Assembly (NCBI RefSeq): GCF_009834535.1
Contig: NC_045696.1
Span: forward strand, 52,206,001 to 52,270,000
Length of the DNA: 64,000 nucleotides
From: Camelus ferus
Lineage: Eukaryota
Direction of reading: 5' to 3'
The notes beneath the pieces were generated by a model. It was given only the letters and a program-made list of their open reading frames with translations, did not search any database and was not told the origin of the DNA. Shown in pieces: positions 1 through 12,025 of this stretch; within the stretch, counting starts at the first letter, position 1; every line of letters starts with the position of its first letter. Both the position numbers and the translations under genes were made by a program.

Positions 1-332
1 ATAAAACTCATCTTCATAACTGAAGGAATGAAACTAGTTTTACAATGAAACAAGAGCTACATTCAGAACAATCTTTAAGGAACAGAGGAGTTACTAATTC
101 AAATTGATGATACAGAGAAATTTGATGTGATAATGATATACAGTTACAATAATTACTATTTATTGAGTTCTTACTAATGACAAACACAGAGTGTTGTTAA
201 ACCTACATTTATCTAATACCATGAATTTTAATTCACCTAATAGGCCTTTCACAACTGAGACACAGCTTATGGTTTAAAATAAAAAGACTCTTTTAAGAAT
301 TCCTGGAGCTAAAACATTCTAAAAAAAAATTG

Positions 333-3300
333 GAAATTAAAAAATACCTTGAGAAAAAAGACAGTGAAAACACAACCACACAAAATCTATGGGATACAGC
401 AAAAACAGTCCTAAGAGGGAAGTTCATAGCGATAGAGGCCTTCCTCAAAAAAGAACAATGTCAAATAAATAACCTAACTGACCACCTAAAAGAATTAGAA
501 AAAGAACAATAAACAAAACCTAAAGTCAGCAGAAGGAAAGAAATAATAAATATCAGGGAAGAAATACATAAAATAAAGATTTAAAAAATAGAAAAAAATC
601 AATCAAACCAAGAGCTGGGTTTTTTGGAAAAAGTAAACAAAATTGACAAACCTCTGTCCAGGCTAACCCAGGAGAAAAGAGAAAGGACACAAATAAACAA
701 AACAGGAAATGAAAGTGAAGAAATTACAACCAACACCACAGAAATACCAAAAACCTAAGGGAATACTATGAACAACTATATGGCAATAAATTCGACAACT
801 CAGAAGTGGACAAGTTTCTAGAAACATACAGTCCACCAAAACCGAATCAAAAAGAAATAGATCATTGGAACAGATCAATCACTAGAAGTGAAATAGAATC
901 AGCAATAAAAAACCTCCCTGCAAACAAAAGTCCAGGACCAGATGGCTTCAATGTGGAATTCTATCAAACATACAAAGAAGAACATATACCAATCCTTCTC
1001 AAACTCTTCCAAAAGAATGAAGAGAAGGGAACACTCCCAAACTCATTCTATGAAGCCACCGTCACCCTGATACCAAAACCAGACCAAGACACTACTAAAA
1101 AATAAAATTACAATCCAATATCTTTGATAAACATAGATGCAAAAATTCTCAAAAAAAAAAATAGCAAACCAAATCCAACAACAAATAAAAAAGGGTATAT
1201 ACTACAATGAAGTTGTATTCATCCAAGGGACACAAGGATCATTCAACATATGTAAATCAATCAACGTGATGCACTGTGATCAACAAGAGAAAGGACAAAA
1301 ATCACATGATCATCTCAATAGAGGCAGAAAAAGCATTTGATAAAATTTAATATCCATTAATGATAAAAACTTACTAAAGTGGGTATAGAGGGAACATACC
1401 CATTCAGCATAATAAAAGATATTAATGACAAACTCACAGCCAACATAATACTCAATGGTGAAAAGTTGAAAGCCTTCCTGCTAAAATCTGGAACAACACA
1501 AGGATGCCCACTCTCACCACTTCTATTAAACTTAGTATTGGAAGTCCTAGCCATAGCAATCAGACAAGAAAGAGAAAAGGGATTTAAATTGGAACAGAGG
1601 AGGTAAAATTGTCATTATATGCAAATAACATGATACTATATATAAAAAACCCTAAAGATCCCATGCAAAAACTACTAGAACTGATAAACAAATTCAGCAA
1701 GGTAGCAGGATACAAGACTATCATAAGAAATGTGTTTCATTTCTTTACACAAACAATGATAGAAAAGCAAAGTAAAAAAAAAAAAAAATGAAATCCCTTT
1801 TAAAATCACATTAAAAAAAACTTAGTAATAATCTTGAACAAGGAGGTGAAAGACTTACATGTAGAGAACTATAAACACTGACTGAGGACACTGAAAATTA
1901 TTTAAAGAAATAGAAAGATATCCCATGCTCTTGGACTGGACCTACTACCTAAAGCAATCTATAGATTTAATACAATCCCTATCGAATTACCCAGGATATT
2001 TTTCACAGAACTAGAACAAATATATGGAATCACAAAGGACCCAGAATTGCCTAAGCAACACTGAAGAAAAAGAACAAAGCTGGAGGAATAACCCTCCCAG
2101 ACTTCAGATAATACTACAGAGCTACAGTAATCAAAACAGTATAGTATTGGCACAAAAACAAACATATGGATCAATGGAAAAGAAAAGAGAGCCCAGAAAT
2201 AAACCCATACACCTACGGTCAATTAATCTTAAACAAAGGAGGCAAGAATATGCAATGGAGAAAAGACAGTCTCTTTGGCAAGTAGTGTTGGGAAAGCTGG
2301 ACAGCCACATATAAATCAATAAAGTTAGAACACTCCCTCACACTATACACAAAAATAAACTCAAAATGGCTTAAAGACTTAAACATAAGATAAGACACCA
2401 TAAACCTCCTAGAAGAAAACATAGGCAAAGCATTCTCTTTGCTTTTGCATAGCAAAGGAAACTATAAACAAAACAAAAAGACAACCTATGGAATGGGAGA
2501 AAATATGTGCAAACAATGCACTGACAAGGGCTTAACTTCCAGAGTATACAAACAGCTCATAACAAAAACAAAAATAACAACAACAACAAAAAAAAACCTT
2601 ATCAAAAAATGGGCAGAAGGCCTAAATATTTCTCCAGTGATGACATACAAACTGCCAATACACACATGAAAAAAAATGCTCAATATTGCTAATTATTAGA
2701 GAAATGCAAATCAAAACTACAATGAGGCATCACCTCACACCAGTCAGAATGGCCATCATTCAAAAGTCTATAAACAATAAATGCTAGAAAGGGTGTGGAG
2801 AAAAGTGAACCCTCTCACATTGTCGGTGGGAATGTAGTTTGTTGGAGCTATTATGGAAAACAGTATGGAGATTCCTTAAAAAACCAAAAATAAATTAACC
2901 ATGGGATCCAGCAATCCCAATCCTGAGCATATATCTGGAGGAAACTCTAATTTTAAGAGATACATGCACCCCAATGTTCATTGCAGCAATATTTACAATA
3001 GCTAAGACATGGAAGCTACCAAAATGTCCATCTACAGATGACTGGTTAAAAAAGTTGTGAGATATATATACACACACACACACACATACTACTGAGCCAT
3101 AAAAAAAAATAAAATAAAATAATGCCATTTGCAGCAACATGGATGGACCTGGAGACCATTATACTAAGTGAAGTAGATTAGAAAAAGAAAAGTACTATAT
3201 GATATCACTTATATGTGGAATCTAAAACAATGACACAAATGAACTTATTTACAAAACAGAAACAGACTCACAGACATAGAAAACAAACTGATGGTTACAA

Positions 3301-3583
3301 GTGGGGAAAGGGGAGCTGGAGAAATAAATTGGAAGTTCAGGATTTGCAGATACTAACCACAATATATAAAACAGATAAACAACAATGTCCTACTGTATAG
3401 CACATGGAAATATATTCAATATTTTATAATAGCCTATAATGAAAAAGAATACAAAAAGGAATATACATGTATCTGTGTGTGTGTGTGTGTGTGCGCGCGC
3501 GCGCATTAACTGGATCACTATGCTGTACACCAGAAATTAACACACCATTGTAAACCGACTATACTTCAATTTAAAAAAATAAC
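333..3583 (+). mobile_element. 5'-truncated, degenerate LINE-1 (ORF2 linker to 3'UTR and A-tail)
   Basis: Fragmented ORFs (330-512, 806-1105, 1379-1606, 1609-1791) align by eye to the ORF2 at 12830-15817. The RT YADD motif has decayed to YANN, with many stops and frameshifts and small internal deletions near 1940 and 2435. The 3'UTR ends CTATACTTCAATTT followed by an A-rich tail. Possible degenerate TSD: AAAAAAATTGGA (about 323-334) and AAAAAATTTGGA (3584-3595). Confidence 0.95.
3474..3505. repeat. (TG)10(CG)5 compound microsatellite in the L1 3'UTR
   Basis: Read directly from the sequence: an uninterrupted alternating purine-pyrimidine tract. Confidence 0.95.
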
Positions 3584-4175
3584 AAAAAATTTGGAGCTGA
3601 AACACATACAAGGCAGAGGCTTTAAGTAGAAGTATGAATACGCTGAATGATTTAATCTGCAATGAGAAAGGGGTTTTAAGCAGTGACTAATAGATTAGTA
3701 TAAAAAACACATAACTGTACTTAGATGTGATTATTTCTTTAAATTTTGCTTTGAGTGTTATTTTTTAAACAAATATAACCACTAGAAACATTTATTCTTT
3801 GTTACTTTAACACATAGAATTTCATTTTAATTTCTAAACAGCACAAATGAGTTGAAAATCATTTTTAAACAATTAACTCAGTTATCCTAAGAAACTTTCT
3901 AAATTTATTGAAAATTTAGCTATAATCAAACAATGAAGCACCTGTGTGAACCATTCACAAAGTCATACATTACCAAGTTATAGGCAAGTTTATAAAAAAG
4001 AAATAAGCAGCTTTTCAAGATTAAACTTCCAATCTTAAATTTACACATGATGATAAGTGTCACAGATTCAAAGACCTACAAAGAAAATTTGTGTAAGCTT
4101 TAAGGGGAGTTCACCAGTGCATACTAATCCAAAATGCATTTGTTAAGATAGCAAGCCAAGTACTACACACCTTAC

Positions 4176-4256
4176 ATTCTGTGGTACTCACAAACCCACT
4201 TAACAATTTTCAATAACGAAGCTTGTTCCTCATTTACATTGTAACTCCATAAAACA
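4176..4256 (-). other. Candidate host-gene exon (65 or 81 nt)
   Basis: Minus-strand acceptor ...gtattacttcttctag, with donors TTT|gtgagt (exon end 4192) or AAT|gtaagg (exon end 4176). One frame is open: VLWSYNVNEEQASLLKIVKWVCEYHR. The protein is not recognised. Confidence 0.25.
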
Positions 4257-4989
4257 CTAGAAGAAGTAATACAACACAAGAAGAAAACTGACTTGGCTTT
4301 ATAGGCTTTATAAACTAAACAGAAAGTTACATATCACAAATAAATAGATGGAAACACAACCAGTCACATTAGTAAATATACTGCACATACTTAGTAAATT
4401 ACTACATATTCAAAAAGTAAAAAGTGAAAATAACATGCATTACTTGTGTAATGGATTAAACTCATCCCAGGAAAGTTATTTTAATATATTTTTGCTATAT
4501 AAATCATATTTTTCCTTGAATTTTTATTATAAAATTGAAGGTATATTTTCCTGAAACAAGTTTATCTTTAAATATAAAGAATGTATCCAACATTAGATAA
4601 ATCACAGATCTCATAAAAATGTTTTTATAAACTATTAACATTGTGCTATATTCAAAGGAAATGCTAAAAATACTGAAATTTAAATTATATTGTAGTTCTG
4701 AAAACTGTAATACTATCAACATTTGCTTAACATGTCTGCAATATGAAAGTGGCAAAATCTAAGTTTGGAATTTAAGCATATTTTCAACAGTTTTTAGCCA
4801 TTGTATGGTGTTTATATTTAATTCACAGAATTTTTACCCCTTTGTTTTCTCCCTTCTTTACTAAAGATGACTCGTCTTCTTCTCTAACATTATTATTAGA
4901 TAGTATCTCAGTGACCTGTTACTGTATCCTTAGATAGAAAAAGATAGTATCTCCAGTAAGGTCAATGAGTCAAGTATGTGATATGGACA

Positions 4990-5490
4990 TTTATAAAAAT
5001 CAGATTAAATCTTAAATAGCGCTAGCAGAATAACTGTACCTAAGAATGAGAGAGATAACAGTCCCACTCTTGTCAGCAATGATCAGATGACATGATCAAT
5101 ACTGTGATACAGAATGACCTAGAACTCCTATAATATTGTAAGAAAGGGAACAAGAAAGGTGCAAGACTAAAATTATAAGACAAGAAATGGTTGAAAGAAT
5201 CAAGGGAATTGCATGTTACTACTTATGGGATTGGAGGAATAATTAAAGTAAGAAAGGTTTCAAATATTTGAAAACTTCATATTAGATTTACTCTGTATAG
5301 TCTCAAGCGATATACTAAAATAATAGGTTGAGAATACTAGATATAGATTTCAACTCAAAGTAAATAATAACTTCTTAACATCAGAATTACTCACACATGA
5401 TATATCTCACCCGAGATATTATTGAGAATAAGGAGACTGGAGGCATTTATTCAAAAAGTGAGGAGTTGAACTAGATCACACTTAAGAGCA
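4990..5490 (+). mobile_element. Ancient L3/CR1-like LINE 3' fragment
   Basis: Degenerate motifs resemble the mammalian CR1/L3 3' region (TTCAAATATTTGAA, AGATTTCAACTCAA, AACTTCTTAACA, GTTGAACTAGAT). Recognised from memory. Confidence 0.5.
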
Positions 5491-5734
5491 ATTTTACCAT
5501 ATGTTTCTATGATTCTTCTCAAAGCTAACAACTGAAATATTTAATCTTGCTAAGCTGTGGATGTTTTCCTGATGATACGTGGAATCTGCAGTTGTCAATC
5601 TACTATTGTCTGAGATTAAAAAGTTGTTCTTTTTCCCATTTAATAAGTATTTTGTGCAATGGTGATTGCTTTTCAAAAGTAGTTGTTTTTTACTTCAAGT
5701 AGTGTGGCCTGACAAAGTGTTAAATGACTCACTC

Positions 5735-6320
5735 ACTGACTCAATCATTCAGTCATTCATTCAACAAATATTTATTCAGAGCCTGACATGTGCCAAAAAC
5801 TGAAAAGTGGCAGACAAAAGAAAGAAAAAGACAGGGTCTCTGCTTATAATCTGTCGGAATAAGTAGACACATACACAAATTGTCATTTTATAAAGTACTG
5901 GGTCTTATTCTAGAAGCATGTGCTCTGACAGTAAACTGAAATGGAGTTTAACTTTCCTGGGAGAATCATGGAAGACTTCATAGAGGAGGTGATGTTTCAG
6001 CTGGATTTTTTTTAATTACTATAATTTGACTACATGGCAAGGGGAGAAAATGACATTTTAGGCAGAGGAGGCATCATGTGCTATGAGGCATGGAGGTACA
6101 TGGTGTGTTTATGAGAAGTGGCAAAAAATTTGGTAAGGCTAAAGTGTAAAACACTCAGTGAGGAGAGAATGAAAATAAAATTGATGAAGTAGTTTGTGGT
6201 TAAATATATGAGGACAATATAAGGATTTGTGTTTACCTTGAGCACAAAGAGAACATGCTTCCAGGTAGAAGGGTGTCATGATCAGATTTGCATTTTAAAA
6301 AATTTATGAGCATCAGTGTG
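5735..6320 (-). mobile_element. Ancient L2 LINE fragment
   Basis: Typical L2 3' end in reverse (CATTCATTCAACAAATATTTATT), then GGAAGACTTCATAGAGGAGGTGATGTTTCAGCTGG and CATGATCAGATTTGCATTTTA. Confidence 0.75.
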
Positions 6321-6671
6321 AGAAGCTCATTTCTTTCAAATATTAATTTTTGCTTTGAAATATATTTCAGGGGGAGTTGAATCCTCCAACTACTGGCATA
6401 AGCAAGGGTAAGTTAATAGGCACCAGATGGCAGATAAGAGTACCCAATTCTTTATAACATCAGTTATTATTTCTGAACCTTTATTTTTTTACTTAAGTAT
6501 TTCCTTTATTCAAAAGTCCCATTAAAAGAATGAACACTATTTGAACTGACTGGTATGAAGCAGATTACTGTAAAGGGAATAAGCATTTTTGAGAGTTAAA
6601 GACCATGCTGATGCATAATGGGGAAAAGGCATTTAACTCAAGGAGGATAAAGATATCTAGATCAAATTAAA

Positions 6672-7110
6672 AGTACAACATAATTGTCCATCAGTTGAAT
6701 ACATGGGTAAGTAAAAGGTGGTATATTCATTTAGTAAAATAGTATTTGGTAATAAAAAAAATGGACTAATATATGCCACAACATAGATGAACCTTGAAAA
6801 AATTATGCTAAGTGGAAGTAGTCACCAAATACCATATATTGGATTATTCCATTTTTAAGAAATGCCAAAATCTATAAAGATAGAAAGTAGATTAATGGCT
6901 GTCTAGCGCTGAGGGGGGAAAAATGGGAAATGACTCTTAAGAGGTATGGAATTTGTTTTAGAAGGGATGAAAACATTCCAAAATTAGATTGTGGTATTGG
7001 TTGCACAGCATTGTGAATAAACTACAATAAATTGAACATATACTTTAAATAGGTGAATTGTATGCTATGTACATTGCATTTCAATATAAACTGTGGGAAA
7101 AAAAAAAAGA
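6672..7110 (+). mobile_element. Old L1 (L1MB-like) 3' end fragment
   Basis: Contains GATGAACCTTGAAAAAATTATGCTAAGTG and GAAAGTAGATTAATGGCTG, and ends in an A-tail at about 7098-7108. Confidence 0.75.
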
Positions 7111-7394
7111 AACATGTAGCTTTAGATCCAAAGATCTCATAGGCATAATATGCTCTCAACTGGCCCTGACTCCAGGCAATTGAAACAAATAATTGAATAA
7201 AAACTAATTCTATTTGAAAAGGAAAAAAAAGTACAACCTTGAGTTCAATGGGCTTTTTAACTTCTCTTGCAAAAGCTGACATTTATTTTGGGAAAATATT
7301 AAATATATGTGTATTCCCCCCAAAATTTGTAAAGCTATTTCATATTCATCATCTCTTCTCTCTGCCTTGAAATCCATCATGACCATACAAGCAA

Positions 7395-7535
7395 ACACTA
7401 CTATTCTCATTTTAGCAGGAATGAAAATGAGGCTCATATAAATTAGATTATTTGATCAGTTTATGTCACAGTTAATAAATAATAGTGTCAAAGCCAAACC
7501 TCTGGTTTCTGACTGTAAGTCCAGTTCTTGGTTCA
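7395..7535 (-). mobile_element. MIR SINE relic
   Basis: MIR core-like ATTCTCATTTTAGCAGGAATGAAAATGAGGCTCA ... TCTGACTGTAAGTCCAGT. Confidence 0.55.
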
Positions 7536-9024
7536 CTTTGTGATTTTTCACAACTGAAAAACAGTTGCAGAACTAGAACAAAGTTAAGACAAGGAGATGA
7601 CAGAATCAAATGATTTTATGCAATTCTATGGAAAATGGACAAAAAGAGAATGCAAATACTATAAATTGGATTGTACCTTTTTCTGAGAATTATTTTGGAA
7701 GAATTTTCATGCCAAAGAAAATGATGACCAACATTTAAGTCCACCAGGAAATTTACACAGGAGAATTTTTTACATTTTTTACTGGAATTGATAATTTATT
7801 GACAAGATGATTAGCAAGGCACACAAAAATGATTTGTAACTTAGGACCTAAATAAATTCAAGTGACTATATACTCCTTATGGAGAAATCAGTTCTTCTTG
7901 CCCCATGTTATCATATCTTTAAAACAGGCACAAACGTTTGAATATTTAACAGTGAAATTCTGTAGTTACTAGTGTGGAAGGTCTCCCTCTCTATTTTCTA
8001 AGGGGAAAAAGCTATAACTCATACAAGATTATGAGAATACAAAGCTTTTATTTTTTTCAGAGAGTTTATTCTGCAAGTGAGAGGTAATTTTTTTCGCAAA
8101 TTTGAAAATGTTCATGAGATCTACATCAAGAAGCTGTATCTTTCTCATGCTTTATCATGATAGTACATTTCTGCAAACAAACAAACAAAAACTTATTGAA
8201 AAGTAGGGGCTAATGCCTTTGATCATAAGTGTTGTAATCCAAAGTTAAATCTAACTTTTTGATGTTAACACAAAGGGAGAATATAATTAAAGATACGTCA
8301 TTTGAAAGTTTTTCATTAACTTCTGTCTCTAGAAATTCTGGTTTTCCAAGTTTTTGGCTACATCTTTCCAGAAATATCTATCTCCTTGCCTTAGCTTGGA
8401 AATATTGTTTCTACTCATAAGTCTCATATTAACAATATTTAAATCTTGACTTATAATTCTATAGGATATCAGAATACATCAACACATTTCATATGTAATA
8501 ACATAAAAAACATAGTTTAACCTGGAAAATATAGTCTCTGAGAGTTTATAACTTCCTTAAAACAAGTTATAAAGAGGTAGCTGGAAACAGAAAAAGAAGA
8601 GGTCATCAACTATATAGGAGGAGTTTTGAGATACAGTTTTACTTTACATTTTCCTTGTCTCTTTCTTTCTCCTCAATTATTTCTACTTCCTTGAATGTAT
8701 GGGCCCTATTTTCAGGATATATCCTCCAAGAGGTTTCAAGTCATATAAGACTAAACATTGGTATGTTGCTGCTGGCCAGCCTAGATCCACCTTCTTTTAT
8801 TTCTTAGTGAGAAAAAAAAAATCACTTAATCGACAGTACTGGTTTTGATTTATAGAGGTAAACAGTAAATAATTTTGTTTCTAGGTGTCACACATACTTT
8901 CTCCAAGCTTCAGACTTTAAATGAGAGGTAGAGCCTAATGTGGCTCAGTCCTATAACCTGGGTAATTTGAAAGCAACATAAACATTACATTTTTTAAAAA
9001 TAATTTTTAAAAACAGACAGCTAA

Positions 9025-10330
9025 GAGAGACGGAGAAGATGGCGGAGTAGAAGGACGCTCGCAGGTCACCCTCTCCCACAAATACACCAAGACCCACATC
9101 TATAGACCCACTCAGCCAACCAGAGCACCTGCGGAACTCCGACAGAACATCGCCCTCTTCAAAAGATAAAGACGCCAAAAATCTGGTAGGAGAAAAGGAA
9201 AAAAGATAACAAAAGGCAAAGCAGCGCGGGACGGGTCCCGCGGGGAGGGAGCGGCAAAGGAGGACTGGCACTCGCTCGCTGGGTCTCCCCTCTCCAACTG
9301 AGAGGCCAGCGGGACGGAGAGGGAGCCTCCGAGGCTCGGATCTGTACAGAGCAGCCCTTGACTGACAGAACTAAGCTAAACGGGCACAGAGCGTACCCCC
9401 GACACCCAGCCTGAGACGCGGGCCGGCAGCCGCGGGCAGGGCCAGGCTGCACAAGCCGGGTGGAGGACGGGAGTGGCTGCACGGAGGCAGCCCCGAGTGA
9501 ACGCAAGGGGCTGCGCGCCGTGGCTGTGGGTGCACAGGGCAGAACAACCTGGGCCCTCCATAAAACAGCACGGTTGATGTGCTCCCGGGGGAAGGGTGCA
9601 CACACCCAACTCTGAAAACCTGCGGAAAGTTTTCGGGGGAAGAGAGGAGGGGCTCAGACACAGCCGCCATATTCTCCGGCGCTAAGCACCCAGGCGGGGG
9701 CGGGGGCGGGGGCGGGGGCGGGGGCGGGGGCGGGGGCGAAACCTGCATCCGCACCGAAGGGCTTAGCAGCCTCAAAGGCCAGACTGAGATTGGCCTGCAG
9801 CCCGGGGCAGATAGGATCCTTCCGTCCTCGTCCCTCAGAGAACTTGCTCCACAAAGACAAACAAAGAGCGGGGTTCTGGCTGGGAGCAGGGACAAGGCTG
9901 TCCCTCTGTCTTCCCTGAGCCCACCCGCGGAGCGCCGACCAGGGCGGAGCGCGCAGCCGCACAGAGCAGCGGAGCTACCGGCGGCGCAGGTAGAGCGAGA
10001 GCGGCCCCGCGCCTTTCGGGCAGGAACACAGCCCCTGACCGAGGTGCTGGGAGGGGGCATGACCCGCCCTCCTACCCGGCCAGTCTGCAACATCTGACTG
10101 TGGCATCCAGAGGGGCAGCGACCCGCCCGCCCACAGCAGAGGAGAGCTGCACCTGACCCAGTGTTAGGAGGAGGCGCGATCTGCTTGCCAACAGGTGCTG
10201 GGAGCAGCACAGAAAAGGGCGCCAACGGAGGGCCTCTGAAAACAGCAAGCTGAGCTTCCAAAACAGGACGAAGACAGAAAGACTTCACATTAAAAGCACA
10301 CAGACTCCAGGAGAACACCGACAACCCCCC
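9025..10330 (+). promoter_or_regulatory. L1 5'UTR internal promoter / CpG island
   Basis: Strongly GC- and CpG-rich against an AT-rich background. YY1-type motif AAGATGGCGG at 9036-9045 (typical of L1 5' ends), a second oppositely oriented GCCGCCATATT at 9663-9673, and tandem GC boxes at 9695-9736. Confidence 0.85.
9695..9736 (+). repeat. (CGGGGG)7 hexanucleotide repeat; G-quadruplex / tandem Sp1 boxes
   Basis: Seven perfect CGGGGG units read directly from the sequence. Confidence 0.95.
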
Positions 10331-10728
10331 CCCCTTTTTTTTTACATCTGTTTTTACCTGTTCTATTTTCTATTACTCTCTTAATTTTTACTTCTTAATT
10401 CATTTCTATTTCTCTTGGGTTTTGATGTCCTGTTACTGATTAGACACAGGTTTCAAATACATCTATTCATCCCCCCCCCTTTTTTTGTAAAGGTTTTAAA
10501 AGGACGTCTCAACCCGATTAATACTCTGCTTCAACTCGCTCTTCTATTGTTCATTATACACTGTTTTCAAACCCTCTTTCTCCCTTCTTTTAAAATTCTT
10601 TCTCTCTCTCTCTTATTTTTTTTTTCTTTTTTTCCTAAGTTCTATTCCTAAATAGGCATTAGATAGGTAAAATACTTAAGGACCAAAATAAACAACTGAT
10701 ACTCCATAAACCACAGTGCCAAAGAGGT

Positions 10729-11621
10729 ATGAGCAAGATGAAGAAGCAGAAAAACCTTTCCCAATTAAAAGAACAAGAGAAATCCCCTGAAAGAAAGATC
10801 AACGAAATAGACATCGATAGCCTACTAGATCAAGATTTCAAAAAAGGAGTGATCGAATTGCTGAAGGAATTAAAAGAGATAGTGTTTAGAGATATAAAAT
10901 ATGTCAAAAATGAAATTGAAGCTATAAAGTAGAATGGGTAAACTCACTGACAGAGATGAGGAATGATCTAATAGCTGTGCAAAGCCGACTAGATAATGCA
11001 GAGGAACGAATTAGTGATCTAGAAGACAGGGCAATAGAAACCACCCATTCAGAAGAACTACAAGATAAGCAAATCAAAAATAATGAAAATAGCATAAGGG
11101 ACCTATGGGATAATATAAAGCGTCCCAATCTTCACATAATAGGGGTCCCAGAAGAAGAAGAAAGATCAAAAGGGATTGAAAAGGTTTTTGAAGAAATCAT
11201 GACTGAAAACTTCCCAAACTTAAAGAAGGAATTAGATATCCAAGTACAAGAAGCTCAGAGGGTCCCAAACAGGAAGAACCCAAATAGACCCACACCAAGA
11301 CATATCATAATCAAGATGGCCAGAGTCAAGGATAAAGAAATGATTCTAAAGGCAGCAAGAGAAAAGCAAAGAGTAAGTTACAAGGGAACCCCCATAAGGC
11401 TCTCAGCTGATTTCTCTACACAAACACTACAGGCCAGAAAGGAGTGGCAAGATATATTCAAAGCCCTGAATGAAAAAAAGATGCAGCCTAGGATCCTTTA
11501 TCCAGCAAGGCTATCCTTTAGGATAGAAGGAGAAATAAAGAGTTTCACAGACAAAAAAAAGCTGCAGGAGTTTAGCAACACTAAACCCATGCTAAAAGAA
11601 ATATTGAAAGGGTTATTCTAA
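10729..11621 (+). pseudogene. L1 ORF1p (coiled coil, RRM, CTD), frameshifted near 10926-10932
   Basis: ORF 10729-10932 and ORF 10956-11621 are in different frames. Diagnostic ORF1p motifs are present: KRPNLHIIGVPE, TPRHII, GTPIRLSADFS, ARKEW, ILYPARLSF. Confidence 0.95.
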
Positions 11622-12025
11622 ATAGAAAAGCAGCAGGATGCTACAGAAATGAGAAACACACAACTGGAAAGGTGATAACTCATGAATTACAAATAAAGTA
11701 AACATGAAATTATAAAAGAAGACATACAAATCACTGAAAGTGGGAGAGGGAGGCAGGGAAATATAGAATATTTTTTTCTTTCTTTTTTAAATTTTTTTAA
11801 CAGTAGGATGGGTTTAAGATCATGTTACTATCAGTTTAATAAAAACAGTTATAGTAATGGGTTGATAGATTTACAAAAAAGGGTTACCACAAGCCAAAAA
11901 TTTACAAAGGAGTCACAAAAATTAAATAAAATCCATGATAATACAAAGGAAAATTACCAAAGCACAAAAGGAAGAAGAAAGGAACAAAGAGGATATACCA
12001 ATTCAACTGCAAAGATAAGTTCAAA

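Noticed and set aside
1615..1632. YADD to YANN double G-to-A change as APOBEC3 editing
   Set aside because: Two changes are not enough, and I could not establish a G-to-A excess over the rest of the copy by eye.
5494..5676. 60-aa minus ORF or exon candidate
   Set aside because: It lies between L3 and L2 relics, has a mediocre donor and shows no recognisable homology.
9579..10097. Sense poly-Gly ORF in the L1 5'UTR as a real gene
   Set aside because: GTG start, low-complexity GC-rich context and no recognisable domain; noted only under the repeat finding.
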